In this document: piece after piece, positions 14,648 through 25,397 of the stretch
Numbering within the stretch: position 1 is the stretch's first letter
Layout: every line of letters begins with the position of its first letter
From: Barnesiella intestinihominis
GTDB taxonomy: Bacteria; Bacillota; Clostridia; Oscillospirales; Oscillospiraceae
Assembly: GCA_963650135.1 (NCBI GenBank)
Contig: CAVJLG010000058.1
Coordinates: 436 to 64,435 of the forward strand
DNA: 64,000 bases
Direction of reading: 5' to 3'
Notes under the pieces: generated by a model
The model's input: only the letters and a program-made list of their open reading frames with translations
What the model was told of the DNA's origin: nothing
The model's database searches: none
Position numbers and translations under genes: made by a program

Positions 14648-16090
14648 TTATCCCATCATCTTCTGGTAGATGTCCAAATATTTCTTTGCGCTGATTTTCC
14701 AGCTAAAGTCCTGGGCCATGGCCTGCTGCCGCAGCTTTGCCCAGGCTTCGGGATGATTCCGGTAGAGCTCCACCGCCGAACCGATGCAGTTTTTCAGCTC
14801 TTCTCCGCTGGGATTCCGGAAGGAGAAGCCGGTTCCCTCGCCGGTATACCGGTTGTAGGGAATCACGCTGTCCTTGAGGCCGCCGGTTCCCCGCACCACC
14901 GGCAGCGTACCGTAGCCCATGGCGATCATCTGGCTCAGTCCGCAGGGCTCAAACAGCGACGGCATCAGCAATAGATCCCCCGCTGCATACATCCGGCAGG
15001 ACAGTGGCTCGTCAAAGGTACACCGGAATGCAATTTTCTCCGGGAATGCCGCGCTGTAATTGCCCAGCAGCCGCTGATAGCGCTCGTCGCCGGTGCCTAG
15101 AACCGCCAGCTGCACGTCCTGATGGACCAGAGATTCCAGCGCCCAGGCCAGCAGGTCCATGCCCTTCTGATCCGTCAGCCGGGAAATCAGCACCATCAGG
15201 GGCGTGTCCGGCTTCTGGGGGAGGCCCAATTCCTGTTGCAGTTCCGCCTTGCATAGCGCCTTTCCGTCCATATGCTCTGCCGAGAACGGATGAATCGCCT
15301 TTTCCGGGGAGAATTTCACCGTATCAATGCCGTTGAGAATGCCCGCCAGCCGATCCTTATGCTGACTGAGCACCCCATCGAGGCCCTCGCCGTATTGCCA
15401 GGTGCAGATTTCACCGGCATAGGTGGGGCTGACCGTGGTGATATAGTCCGTGTAATACAGGCCGCCCTGGAGGAAGTTGATGGCATCCTCATGCCACCGC
15501 AGCTGATCCGCTGCATTCTTGCAGGTATGCAGCGCCAGCAAATCGCCCAGTGCAAACTCCCCGCAAATCCCCTGGAATTTCAGGTTGTGGATGGTCAATA
15601 CCGTATGGATATGCCGGTATTCCGCAATGTCCCAATACTGCTCGTGGAGAAACACCGGCACCAGGGCCGTATGCCAATCGTTGCAGTGAATCACATCCGG
15701 GAAGAATCCGTCCAGATGCATCAGGCACTCCAGAATTGCCTTGGAGAAAAACGCCACACGCTCGCAGTCGTCTCCATAACCATAGGCGGCATCCCGGTAG
15801 AAGTAAAATTCGTTGTCCACGAAATAATACTGGATGGTTCCCACCTTTAGGGTTTCAATGCCGCAGTATTGATTTCGCCACCCCAGGGGCACCGTAAACA
15901 CCGCCAGCTTTTTCATTTTATCCCGGTATTCCGCCGGAATCTGACGGAGCTTGGGCAGAATCACACGAATCTCGCAGTTCCTCCCCTTGAGGGCAGCAGG
16001 CAGACTTCCCGCCACATCGCCCAGTCCGCCGGTCTTAATAAAAGGCGACGCCTCAAAGGCGGCAAACAGCACATTGATCTTCTTTGCCAT
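14648..16090 (-). CDS. glgA: Glycogen synthase (ADP-glucose type)
   Basis: MAKKINVLFAAFEASPFIKTGGLGDVAGSLPAAL. 480 aa. GGAGG RBS. Confidence 0.95.
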   Translation of the reverse strand: MAKKINVLFAAFEASPFIKTGGLGDVAGSLPAALKGRNCEIRVILPKLRQIPAEYRDKMKKLAVFTVPLGWRNQYCGIETLKVGTIQYYFVDNEFYFYRDAAYGYGDDCERVAFFSKAILECLMHLDGFFPDVIHCNDWHTALVPVFLHEQYWDIAEYRHIHTVLTIHNLKFQGICGEFALGDLLALHTCKNAADQLRWHEDAINFLQGGLYYTDYITTVSPTYAGEICTWQYGEGLDGVLSQHKDRLAGILNGIDTVKFSPEKAIHPFSAEHMDGKALCKAELQQELGLPQKPDTPLMVLISRLTDQKGMDLLAWALESLVHQDVQLAVLGTGDERYQRLLGNYSAAFPEKIAFRCTFDEPLSCRMYAAGDLLLMPSLFEPCGLSQMIAMGYGTLPVVRGTGGLKDSVIPYNRYTGEGTGFSFRNPSGEELKNCIGSAVELYRNHPEAWAKLRQQAMAQDFSWKISAKKYLDIYQKMMG

Positions 16091-16102
16091 GGGATCGCCT
16101 CC

Positions 16103-17206
16103 TTACAGCTCCTGCTTCTTTCCGATCACAAAGGGCTTCTTCTCGCTGCCGGACAGCTTCACGTCCGGGCTGATTTTTACGTTTTTATCGCAGATCACAT
16201 TCTCCACCACAGCGCCCGCGCCGATGGTGCAGTGCTGCATCAACACGGAATTCCGCACCACTGCGCCCTTACCGATTTCCACGCTCCGGAACAGGATGGA
16301 ATTCTCCACCGTGCCCTCCAGGATGCAGCTGGCCGCCACCAGGGAATTCTTTACGTTGGCGCCGGGCAGGTATTTTGCCGGCGGGGAATCCTGGGTCTTG
16401 GTAAGCACCGGGCGATCCTCGGTAAACAGCTCTGCCTGCACCTCAGGCCGAAGCAGATCCAGGGACACATGCATATAGTCCTCGGCATTGTCCACCGCAT
16501 GCTCATAGCCGCCATAGCACCAGGAGTTCACCTGAATCTGCCCCATGCTGGTGGCCAGAATGTCCATAATGTCGATATAGCCCAAATTCTGATAGCATTC
16601 AATGAAACCCAACACCAGCTTCCGGTTAATCAGCATGCTGTCCAGGAAGCAATTGGCCTCGCCGCTGGCAGAGGCGTGGATGCCCGTTACCGCGCCGGAA
16701 GGGGACAAATCCAAAAACAGTCCGTGGGCCGTATCACCGGAACGAACCTTTTTATAAATCAGCGTCACCGGTGCGCCGGATTTCTCGTGCTGGGCAATGG
16801 CGGGCTGGAAGTCAATGTTATACACCCGATTTGCCGCGCAGAACAGCACAACATCCTCGTCTGCCCGCAGGAAAAACTCCCGATTGAGAATCACATCCCG
16901 CAGGCTGAACCGGGCATGCAGATCCTTGAGACCATGCACCGCCCCGGGCAGCAGAAACATACCGCCCTGCTTTTTGTTCAGGCCCCACTCCCGGCCCATA
17001 TTCAGGTGGTCTGCCAATGACCGATAGTTGGAAGGGGTAATCACGCCCACCGTCCCGATTTCAGAGTTTGCCATGGACGACAGGGTAAAATCAATGAGAC
17101 GATAACGCCCGCCAAAGGGGATGGAAGCCACTGGACGGTCTTCAATGAGCTTTCCATAATGCTCGCCGGTGTAGTTGGTGGAAATGAGTCCGATTACACT
17201 GCTCAT
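16103..17206 (-). CDS. glgD: Glucose-1-phosphate adenylyltransferase, GlgD (regulatory) subunit
   Basis: DRPVASIPFGGRYRLIDFTLSSMANS, with a left-handed beta-helix C-terminus. It follows glgC, as in Firmicutes. Confidence 0.85.
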   Translation of the reverse strand: MSSVIGLISTNYTGEHYGKLIEDRPVASIPFGGRYRLIDFTLSSMANSEIGTVGVITPSNYRSLADHLNMGREWGLNKKQGGMFLLPGAVHGLKDLHARFSLRDVILNREFFLRADEDVVLFCAANRVYNIDFQPAIAQHEKSGAPVTLIYKKVRSGDTAHGLFLDLSPSGAVTGIHASASGEANCFLDSMLINRKLVLGFIECYQNLGYIDIMDILATSMGQIQVNSWCYGGYEHAVDNAEDYMHVSLDLLRPEVQAELFTEDRPVLTKTQDSPPAKYLPGANVKNSLVAASCILEGTVENSILFRSVEIGKGAVVRNSVLMQHCTIGAGAVVENVICDKNVKISPDVKLSGSEKKPFVIGKKQEL

Positions 17207-17219
17207 AGATAATACCTCC

Positions 17220-18353
17220 TTACCCGTTGGTCAGATCATCGCCCAAAAGGGTGATGGGTCCGTCCGATGTATCCTCGCCGAAGGTGGTGCCCTCCAAAAT
17301 GGTGGCCCGCTCCGAGACAATGGCCCGATAGACCTTTGCCCCCGGCTCCACCACTGCGCCGTTGAGCAGAATAGAGTCCTTCACCAGTGCGCCCTCGCCC
17401 ACGGTAACGTTGGAGCCCAGTACGCTGTGATGCACCGCGCCCATAATCTTGCAGCCGTTGCTGACGATGGTTTTCTGCACATCCCCCTGTGGGCCTACAA
17501 AGTGCGGCGGATAGATATTGGAGTTGGAGTAGATTCTCACGCTGCCATAGAGATCCAGAGCCGGATGGTCCTCCAGCAGCTCCATATTGGCGCTGTAATA
17601 GCTGTCGATGGTGCCGACGTCCTTCCAATAGCCCGAGAATTCATAAGCAAACAGCCGCTTCCCTGCCGCCAGCAGCTCGGGAATGATGTTCTTGCCGAAA
17701 TCATGGGCCGAGGTCTTGTCCTCATGGTCGGAAAGCAGCGATGCCCGCAGCACATTCCAAGAGAAGATGTAGATGCCCATGGACGCCAGATTGCTCACAG
17801 GCTTTTCCGGCTTCTCCTGGAAGTTCACAATGCGTCCCTGCTCATCGGTTTCCATAATACCAAACCGGCTGGCCTCTTCCCAGGGAACGGTCATCACCGA
17901 TACCGTAAGGTCCGCCTGATTTTTCTTATGTTCGGCCAGCATTTTGCTGTAGTCCATGGTATAAAGATGGTCGCCGGAGAGAATCAGCACATAGTCCGGG
18001 CTATAGGAATCGATAAAGTCGATGTTGTGATAGATGGCATCTGCGGTTCCCATATACCAAGAGCCGCCCGTCTCCGTCTCATAGGGCGGCAGCACATGAA
18101 CGCCGCCGTTGGAGCAGTCCAGATCCCACGCTTCACCGTTGCCCAGGTAGGCATTGAGCACCGTGGGCTTATACTGGGTCAGTACGCCCACCGTGTCGAT
18201 CCCCGATGAAACGCAGTTGGAAAGGCTAAAGTCAATGATGCGATATTTTCCGCCAAAGGATACGGCTGGTTTTGCATTTTTCTTGGTCAGATCCTTGAGG
18301 CGGCTGCCCTGTCCGCCTGCCAGGAGCATGGCAATACACTTTTTCTTTCGCAT
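17220..18353 (-). CDS. glgC: Glucose-1-phosphate adenylyltransferase
   Basis: [47 protein letters not shown]. The start is trimmed to the ATG at 18353, which has GGAGGG 6 nt upstream. Confidence 0.9.
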   Translation of the reverse strand: MRKKKCIAMLLAGGQGSRLKDLTKKNAKPAVSFGGKYRIIDFSLSNCVSSGIDTVGVLTQYKPTVLNAYLGNGEAWDLDCSNGGVHVLPPYETETGGSWYMGTADAIYHNIDFIDSYSPDYVLILSGDHLYTMDYSKMLAEHKKNQADLTVSVMTVPWEEASRFGIMETDEQGRIVNFQEKPEKPVSNLASMGIYIFSWNVLRASLLSDHEDKTSAHDFGKNIIPELLAAGKRLFAYEFSGYWKDVGTIDSYYSANMELLEDHPALDLYGSVRIYSNSNIYPPHFVGPQGDVQKTIVSNGCKIMGAVHHSVLGSNVTVGEGALVKDSILLNGAVVEPGAKVYRAIVSERATILEGTTFGEDTSDGPITLLGDDLTNG

Positions 18354-18420
18354 GAGAACCCTCCTTCTTCGATGTGCCAATATGCTGCGGGGCCTTGCCA
18401 GAAATCAGGCCCCAGGCTAT

Positions 18421-20856
18421 TTACTTCAGTTTATCGCAGTGTGCGTGCCAGATATCCTCGCAATACTGCCGAATGGTGCGGTCAGAGCTGAAATCTCCGG
18501 CCATTGCAATGTTGGTCAGGGACATTTTGCCCCAGCCGGTGGTGTCCTGATATTTCCGGGTCAGCTGCTCCCAGGTCTTGAAATAAGAGTCGAAGTCCTT
18601 CAGCACAAAATACTCGTCGTTGCCCTTGAGCAGCGCATCGTGGATACCATAGAAATTCGTCCCCATAGGCAGGAACGTACCGTCTACCAGCTGATCGCAG
18701 ATTTTCTCCAGCCGCCGATCCCCGTGGCAGGCGTCATAGGCAATGTAGCCGCCGTGGAGATAATAATTCATGACTTCATCCGCGTTCAGTCCGAAAATTG
18801 CAATGTTCTCCGGCCCAACCAGCTGCGAAATCTCCACATTCGCGCCGTCCAGGGTGCCCAATGTCACTGCGCCGTTGAACATAAACTTCATGTTGCCGGT
18901 GCCGCTGGCCTCCTTGCCCGCCGTGGAAATCTGCTCGGAAATATCCGCCGCCGGGTAGATGAGCTGGGCCGAGGAGACGTTGAAGTTCTCCAGAAACACC
19001 ACCTTGATTTTCTTGCTGACCACGGGATCGGAATTGACCAAATCCGCAATGGAGCAAATATACTTGATCGTCTCCTTGGCAAAGGCATAGCCCGCCGCCG
19101 CCTTGCCTGCAAACAGGAACGTATGGGGCACCACATCGGCATTGGGATTCTCCTTCAGGGTGTTGTACAGGTGCATCACCTTAAATGCCGCCAGCAGCTG
19201 CCGCTTATAGGCGTGGATTCGCTTCACCTGCACGTCAAATACGGAGTCGGGATCGATGGCAATGCCCATGGTTTTACCAATATAGTTGCCCAGGCGAACC
19301 TTATTCTCCCGTTTGCTCTCCCGCAGTGCCTGGAGGAATGCCGGGTCGTCCCGATAAGGCAGCAAATCATGAATATGCGCCGCATTGTCCAGCCATTCCG
19401 GCCCGATGGCGTCGGTAATCAGCCGGGATAGGCTGGGATTCGCCTCCGCCAGGAACCGCCGATGGGACACGCCGTTGGTTTTATTGTTGAATTTCTCCGG
19501 TGTCAGGGCATAAAAGTCCCGGAGCACCGAGGTTTTGAGAATTTCCGTGTGCAGCGCCGCCACACCGTTGACGCTGTAAGAGCCGATGATCGACAGGTTT
19601 GCCATATGCACCTGGCCGTCCCAGAGAATGGCGGTGTTCCGCAGACGGTCCTGCCAATCGGGCATCGAGCGGTCAAAGGCAGCACAATACCGGCGGTCAA
19701 TCTCCTCGATGATCTGATACACTCGGGGCAGCAGGGACCGCATCAGCTCAATGGACCACTTCTCCAGGGCTTCGGGCATGATGGTATGGTTGGTGTAGGA
19801 CAGGGTGCGGGTGGTAATGTCCCAGGCTTCGTCCCATTCCAGCCCCTCTTCATCCAGCAACACCCGCATCAGCTCCGGTACGCACAGGGCCGGGTGGGTG
19901 TCGTTGGTGTGAATACTGATTTTGTCCGGGAAGATGGACCAATCCGGCCCATAGTTCTTCTTAAAGTTCTTAACGATGTCCACCACACCGGCAGACACAA
20001 AGAAATACTCCTGCTTCAGCCGCAGCGCCTTACCTGCTTCGGTGCTGTCGTCGGGGTAGAGGATGCAGGTGATGGCCTCGATCTCATTGCGCTCCCGCAT
20101 GGCGCCGGAATAGTCGCCGTGGTTAAAGGCCGCCAAATCCAGTCGGGTGACCACGGGCTCCGCGCTCCAGAGCCGCAGAATATTCACTGTTTTGCCTCCG
20201 TAGCCCACAATGGGAACATCATAGGGCACCGCCAGTACCGTCATAGCATCCCGGGTTACACAGTGGAGCTTGCCGTCCGGGGTAGGAAGCTGCTCTACCC
20301 GGCCGCCGAACTGCACCGGAATGGCGTCCTCCGGGCGCTTGACCTCCCAGGGATAGCCGTTCTCCAGCCAGCTGTCCGGCTCCTCGGTCTGATATCCATT
20401 GACGATCTTCTGCCGGAACAGGCCGAACCGATACCGGATGCCCATGCCCACGCCGGGAACCCCCAGGTGCGCCATGGAATCCAGGAAGCAGGCCGCCAGT
20501 CGTCCCAAGCCGCCGTTACCAAGGCCGGGGTCCTGCTCACAGGCGCACAGGGCGTCGAGATCAATGCCCAGGTCCTTGAGTCCTTCCCGGACAGTATCCT
20601 CCTCCTGGAGGTTGATGAGATAGTTTTTCAGCAGCCGTCCAATGAGGAATTCCATGGAAAAATAGTGAACCTTCTTCTGCTGGAGGCGGATATGCCGCTG
20701 CGAGGTCTGGGTGCGCACCTTGCTCACCGAGCTGGAGAGCAGATAGACCAGCACCTCATACTGCTCAAAGGTGGTGCACTCTTCTATGGGCTTCGCCAGG
20801 GTTTCCAATGCTTTGGCCCCGTAGGCGATCTTAAAATCTTCTTTTCCCGCGAACAT
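18421..20856 (-). CDS. glgP: Glycogen/alpha-glucan phosphorylase (GT35)
   Basis: 811 aa. Contains the PLP-site block EASGTGNMKFMFNGA and GLGNGGLGRLAACFLDS. Confidence 0.9.
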   Translation of the reverse strand: MFAGKEDFKIAYGAKALETLAKPIEECTTFEQYEVLVYLLSSSVSKVRTQTSQRHIRLQQKKVHYFSMEFLIGRLLKNYLINLQEEDTVREGLKDLGIDLDALCACEQDPGLGNGGLGRLAACFLDSMAHLGVPGVGMGIRYRFGLFRQKIVNGYQTEEPDSWLENGYPWEVKRPEDAIPVQFGGRVEQLPTPDGKLHCVTRDAMTVLAVPYDVPIVGYGGKTVNILRLWSAEPVVTRLDLAAFNHGDYSGAMRERNEIEAITCILYPDDSTEAGKALRLKQEYFFVSAGVVDIVKNFKKNYGPDWSIFPDKISIHTNDTHPALCVPELMRVLLDEEGLEWDEAWDITTRTLSYTNHTIMPEALEKWSIELMRSLLPRVYQIIEEIDRRYCAAFDRSMPDWQDRLRNTAILWDGQVHMANLSIIGSYSVNGVAALHTEILKTSVLRDFYALTPEKFNNKTNGVSHRRFLAEANPSLSRLITDAIGPEWLDNAAHIHDLLPYRDDPAFLQALRESKRENKVRLGNYIGKTMGIAIDPDSVFDVQVKRIHAYKRQLLAAFKVMHLYNTLKENPNADVVPHTFLFAGKAAAGYAFAKETIKYICSIADLVNSDPVVSKKIKVVFLENFNVSSAQLIYPAADISEQISTAGKEASGTGNMKFMFNGAVTLGTLDGANVEISQLVGPENIAIFGLNADEVMNYYLHGGYIAYDACHGDRRLEKICDQLVDGTFLPMGTNFYGIHDALLKGNDEYFVLKDFDSYFKTWEQLTRKYQDTTGWGKMSLTNIAMAGDFSSDRTIRQYCEDIWHAHCDKLK

Positions 20857-20872
20857 TTCATCGCTCCTAACG

Positions 20873-22774
20873 TTAGTTCTGTTTTGCGTTCTTTCTGGGC
20901 AGCTTTTGCAGCAGGATTCCGCCGATGGGCGGCACCGTTACCCGAACGGACCATTTTTCACCGTGGCAGGGCACCGGCTCCGCCTTCAGCACCTCGGGAT
21001 TTTCCTTGCCGCTGCCGCCGTACTCTTTTGCATCGGAGCTCAAAAGCTCCCTGTACAGCCCGGGATAGGGTACCCCAATGCGGAAATCGGAATACACCTC
21101 CGGCTGGAAGTTCAGCAGCACTGTCACCGCCTTGGTTTTCTCCTTGCCGGTGCGTCGGAACAGGAGAATCGACTGGGCGCTGTCGTTGGCATCCAGCCAG
21201 TGGAAGCCCTCCCAGCTGTGATCGTCCTGCCACAGGGCCGGGGTGTTTTGATATAATCCATTGAGTGACTTTACATAATCCTGGTGCATTTTATGGGCCG
21301 GGTAGTCCAGCAGGAACCACTCCAGGCTCTCATACTCCCGCCATTCAATAAACGGGCCGTATTCCGTAGACATAAAGCTGAGCTTGCCGCCGGGATGTGT
21401 GATCTGATACAGCGCCAGGAGCCTGAGCCCCGCAAACTGCCGCCAATAATCCCCAGGCATCCGCCCCATCAGGCTGAGCTTCCCATGGACCACCTCGTCA
21501 TGGCTCAGCGGCAGAATAAACCGCTCTGAGAAGCCATAGGCCATGGAGAATGTCAGCTTATTGTGGTGATAAGCGCGGAACGGGAAATCCGTCTTGCAGT
21601 ATTCCAGGGTGTCGTTCATCCAGCCCATATCCCACTTGTAGTCAAAGCCAAGGCCGCCGGAAGCCGTATCTCCGGTGACATGGGGCCAGGCCGAGCTTTC
21701 CTCCGCCACGGTAATCGCGCCGGGGGCATAGGTGTGTACGGCATCGTTCATCTGGCGGATAAATTCCACCGCCGCCTTATTTTCCTCGCCGCCCTGGTCA
21801 TTATATGTTTTCTCCGCCCAGTCCGGCAATCCAAAATTCAGATACAGCATGCTGGTCACGCCGTCCACCCGAATTCCGTCCGCGTGGTAGCAGCCCAGCC
21901 AATACAGAGCCGAGCTAATCAGAAAGCCCCGAACCTCGCTGCGGTTAAAATCAAATTTATAGGTGCCCCATTCCGGGTGATCTGCCCCTTCAAAGAGCAT
22001 CTTCCCGTTGAAACGGCCCAATCCGTGGGCGTCCCGGCAAAAATGCCCCGGCACCCAATCAAGAATCACCCCCAGGCCGTTCTGATGGGCCTGATCGATG
22101 AAATACATAAAGTCCTGCGGTGCTCCATACCGGCTGGTGGGGGCAAAAAAGCCCGTCACCTGATAGCCCCAGGAGCCGTCGAAGGGGTGCTCCATCACCG
22201 GCAGCAGCTCCAGATGGGTATAGCCCATATCCTTGGCATAGGGAATCAGCTCGTCCGCCAGCTGGCGATAGCTGAGGAAGGGATAATCCGGGTCTTCCGG
22301 GTGCTCCTGCTGCTTCCAGGAGCCTAGATGCACCTCATAGATGTTCATGGGCCGGGGAGATTTTGTGCTCCGGCGGATGGCCTGATAGCGCCCGTCGTGC
22401 CAGGTATAGCCGTCCAGCTGTGCAATCCGGGACGCCGTGCCGGGCCGCACCTCCGCCCAGAAGGCATAGGGATCGGCCTTATCAAAGGTTTCCCCTGCCG
22501 CCGAGGTAATCCGGTATTTATACAGGTCGCCGGGCTTCGCATCCGCAATAACGCCGGAATAAACGCCGGTGCTTCCCTGGGGCGTTAAATACTGAGGCGT
22601 CCAGTCGTTAAAGGATCCAACGACCCCCACAGACTGAACATCCGGGCACCATACCGTAAACCGCACGCCCCCCTCTACCGGGTGCGCGCCAAAAATCCGA
22701 TAGCTGTGAAAATACTGCCCCTGATTGAACAGGTACAGCTTTTCCTCTGTGATATTTGCGTCAGTGATGTTCAT
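20873..22774 (-). CDS. glgB: 1,4-alpha-glucan branching enzyme
   Basis: GH13 blocks VILDWVPGHF, GIRVDGVTSMLY, TVAEESSAWP and LPLSHDEVVHGK. 633 aa. Confidence 0.9.
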   Translation of the reverse strand: MNITDANITEEKLYLFNQGQYFHSYRIFGAHPVEGGVRFTVWCPDVQSVGVVGSFNDWTPQYLTPQGSTGVYSGVIADAKPGDLYKYRITSAAGETFDKADPYAFWAEVRPGTASRIAQLDGYTWHDGRYQAIRRSTKSPRPMNIYEVHLGSWKQQEHPEDPDYPFLSYRQLADELIPYAKDMGYTHLELLPVMEHPFDGSWGYQVTGFFAPTSRYGAPQDFMYFIDQAHQNGLGVILDWVPGHFCRDAHGLGRFNGKMLFEGADHPEWGTYKFDFNRSEVRGFLISSALYWLGCYHADGIRVDGVTSMLYLNFGLPDWAEKTYNDQGGEENKAAVEFIRQMNDAVHTYAPGAITVAEESSAWPHVTGDTASGGLGFDYKWDMGWMNDTLEYCKTDFPFRAYHHNKLTFSMAYGFSERFILPLSHDEVVHGKLSLMGRMPGDYWRQFAGLRLLALYQITHPGGKLSFMSTEYGPFIEWREYESLEWFLLDYPAHKMHQDYVKSLNGLYQNTPALWQDDHSWEGFHWLDANDSAQSILLFRRTGKEKTKAVTVLLNFQPEVYSDFRIGVPYPGLYRELLSSDAKEYGGSGKENPEVLKAEPVPCHGEKWSVRVTVPPIGGILLQKLPRKNAKQN

Positions 22775-22873
22775 GTAAAAACCTCATCTTTCCGGGGCCT
22801 GACCCCTGTGCTGCCGCAAAACAAATCGAGCCATACCGTAAAACGTCTTCACGATATAAAAGTATCCGAGTTT

Positions 22874-22902
22874 ATTGTACCGGTCATTTTCCCTCCTGTC
22901 AA
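22874..22902 (-). promoter_or_regulatory. Predicted promoter of the glycogen operon
   Basis: On the minus strand: TTGACA (22902-22897), 17-nt spacer, TACAAT (22879-22874). The -35 lies inside the palindrome CCTGTCAA-gcaa-TTGACAGG (22895-22914). Confidence 0.55.
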
Positions 22903-22958
22903 GCAATTGACAGGAGCTTTATAATACAAATAGAGATCGAAATCGGAGGCAACGAATT

Positions 22959-23357
22959 ATGACATTTTCTCAGCAAATGGAATTTACCAACCGCGAAAAC
23001 CGCTTTATGAACCACTGCGGCATCCGGATTACTAAGCTGGAGCCGGAATGCTGCGAGGCCCAGCTTCCTGTTGCCAATTATTGCAAAAACACCGGCGACA
23101 CCATCCACGGTGGGCTGCTTTATACCATGGCAGACTGCGTGGTATCCGCCTTCGCCCGGGCGCTAGGTGATCGGCCCGTGACCCTCAGCGGCGATTTTCA
23201 CTATCTCTCCAACGTAACCGAGGGCACCCTCACCGCCCTTGCCACGCCCATTCACTCCGGCAGGACCATCAAGACCTTCCAGGTGACCATTTCCGCCGGG
23301 GAAAAGCTGCTGGCCACCGGCACCTTCTCCTGCTTTGATCGCGGGCCTGCCAAATAA
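22959..23357 (+). CDS. PaaI-family hotdog-fold thioesterase
   Basis: FMNHCGIRITKLEPECCEAQLPV...NTGDTIHGGLLYTMADCV...GRTIKTFQVTI. Confidence 0.75.
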   Translation: MTFSQQMEFTNRENRFMNHCGIRITKLEPECCEAQLPVANYCKNTGDTIHGGLLYTMADCVVSAFARALGDRPVTLSGDFHYLSNVTEGTLTALATPIHSGRTIKTFQVTISAGEKLLATGTFSCFDRGPAK

Positions 23358-23364
23358 AGTTTCG

Positions 23365-23399
23365 CCTGCTGCGGTTTTCTCCGCAGCAGGCTGTTTTTA
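23365..23399. terminator. Terminator hairpin between convergent genes
   Basis: 11-bp stem gcctgctgcgg / ccgcagcaggc, then T5. Confidence 0.7.
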
Positions 23400-24290
23400 T
23401 GTCATTTCCTTCTGTTTTCCGGGCAGCTGCACCCAAATAATCGCCGCAAACATCATCAGGCAGCCCAGCAGTTCCACACCGCTCATGGCCTCCTTCAAAA
23501 TGATCCAGCCGAACACCAGGCTAAACACCGATTCCAGGCTCATCAGCAGCGACGCCACCGTGGGCTGGGTGTCCTTCTGGGCCACAATTTGCAGGGTATA
23601 GCCCACGCCGCTGGACAAGATGCCCGCATAGGCAATGGGCATGGCCGCATCGCAAATGCTCTGCCAGCTGGGCGTTTCCAGTGCCAGCATAAAAATCCCC
23701 GCCAGAATGCCGCAGACAAAGAACTGAATACAGCTCATCTTCACCCCGTCTACCTTGGAGGAAAAATGATCGATCACCAGAATATGCCCCGTAAAGCCCA
23801 GGGCGCACAGCAGCTCCAGCACATCGCCATTGCTGAGGCTCTGCATGCCGCTGCCATAGAGGCACAGGAAATACATGCCCACCAGTGCCACCACCACAGC
23901 GCCCCATGTCTTCCCGCTGGGCTTTCTGCCGAAGAACAGCCCGCAGATGGGCACCAGCACCATATACATGGCGGTGATAAATCCAGCCTTTCCGGCAGTG
24001 GTATACTGAATGCCGATCTGCTGAAGGGCGCTTCCAATAAACAGCATGGTGCCGCAGCACAGGCCGCCAATCAGCAGCGCTTTGCGGTTCACCTGCGCTG
24101 CTTCCTGCTTCTTTTTCCCCTTTCCCATCACGGCAATCACCGGCAGCAGCACCACGCCGCCTAAGATAGACCGGGTGCACAGGAACGTAAAGGGACCAAC
24201 ATAATCCATGCTGACACTCTGGGCCACAAAGGCAGCGCCCCAGATCATCGCCGTGAGCAGCAGCAATAGATTCGCGCGAACTTGTTTCAT
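23397..24290 (-). CDS. DMT superfamily (EamA-type) transporter
   Basis: MKQVRANLLLLLTAMIWGAAFVAQS... with about 10 TM segments. The start is trimmed to the ATG at 24290, which overlaps the upstream stop (ATGA). Confidence 0.8.
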   Translation of the reverse strand: MKQVRANLLLLLTAMIWGAAFVAQSVSMDYVGPFTFLCTRSILGGVVLLPVIAVMGKGKKKQEAAQVNRKALLIGGLCCGTMLFIGSALQQIGIQYTTAGKAGFITAMYMVLVPICGLFFGRKPSGKTWGAVVVALVGMYFLCLYGSGMQSLSNGDVLELLCALGFTGHILVIDHFSSKVDGVKMSCIQFFVCGILAGIFMLALETPSWQSICDAAMPIAYAGILSSGVGYTLQIVAQKDTQPTVASLLMSLESVFSLVFGWIILKEAMSGVELLGCLMMFAAIIWVQLPGKQKEMT

Positions 24291-25276
24291 GATTTCCTCC
24301 GGGAAGTTAGTTTTGTAATGATAACGCTGTATAGGCAGCCTGCCGCAATGCCCAAAATCGCCATGACAATCCAGACGCCCCAGCCCTGGAGCCCCAGATA
24401 CAGTGCCACGGAATAGACCATCAGGTGCCATAGATAAATTTCAAAGCTCCTGCCGCCCAGGAATCCAAGGCCCCGGTTAATCAAACGGGTCAGCCCCCAT
24501 TTTTCATGCTTTTCCAGGCACCAGGTGGTGAAATACAGGCAGCCCGGAGTGCTCAGCAGGAAGGGATGCCACCAGAAGCCAAATTTGCTGAGCCAACCCG
24601 GCCGCAGCTTGACCAGGAACGCCAGCCCCACCATGCTCACCACCAGCAGCACACCGGAGCCGATCAAATGCCGCCGGGAGGGCTGACGGCCTTCCATGGC
24701 ATCCTTCCCCAAATACATACCCAGGAAATAGATTGGGAACCGGCTGACGCCAATCATCAGGCTTGAGCCAATGGCCCCCGTCTCGATCAGAAACAACAGC
24801 GGAATCACCCACAGGGATTTCCGCCCATAGGCTTTAATCACATGGTAAAACAGCGGAGAAAACAGATACATCCCGATAATCATGGGAATATACCAGTTAA
24901 ACTGTCCCCCCTGCTGCCCCCACCAGCCGAAGGTGGTGAGATTGCCAAGAGCCTGATATTTGTTCATCCAGCCCACTGCCAGCGAAAAACCGCAGTACAG
25001 CACGATAAACGGCAGATACGACGGCAGCAACCGACTCATGCGCCGCTGGAAAAACCGCAGCGGATTGTCGTTTTTGCTCAGAGAATGGTAGATGCCAAAG
25101 CCGGACAGAAACATAAAAATATCCACCGAGCCCACCGTATACCACATGGTAACATTCAGTTGCGTATAATCCTTGAGGCCGCTGTGATAATAGAAAAAGT
25201 GACCATAGACCACGATCAGAATCGCAATGCCCATCAGCTGGGACTTATAGCGGCTGATCCGCTGATATGCGTTCAT
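24287..25276 (-). CDS. Acyltransferase family 3 membrane protein (O-acyltransferase), paralog A
   Basis: MNAYQRISRYKSQLMGIAILIVVYGHFFYY...FMFLSGFGIYHSL. The start at 25276 has AGGAG upstream. Confidence 0.8.
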   Translation of the reverse strand: MNAYQRISRYKSQLMGIAILIVVYGHFFYYHSGLKDYTQLNVTMWYTVGSVDIFMFLSGFGIYHSLSKNDNPLRFFQRRMSRLLPSYLPFIVLYCGFSLAVGWMNKYQALGNLTTFGWWGQQGGQFNWYIPMIIGMYLFSPLFYHVIKAYGRKSLWVIPLLFLIETGAIGSSLMIGVSRFPIYFLGMYLGKDAMEGRQPSRRHLIGSGVLLVVSMVGLAFLVKLRPGWLSKFGFWWHPFLLSTPGCLYFTTWCLEKHEKWGLTRLINRGLGFLGGRSFEIYLWHLMVYSVALYLGLQGWGVWIVMAILGIAAGCLYSVIITKLTSRRKS

Positions 25277-25397
25277 ACTCTCACTCCTTACATACTGCTT
25301 GTGATTATACCAGATCATGCAGAAAAATCCTATATTTTTATCCGTGAATCATCAAAAAAGGAGAGCCCGCTTCATGCAGACTCTCCAATTTTTGCAC

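Noticed and set aside
19462-21264. 600-aa + strand ORF
   Set aside because: Antisense across glgP and glgB. It spans their intergenic gap and has no RBS.
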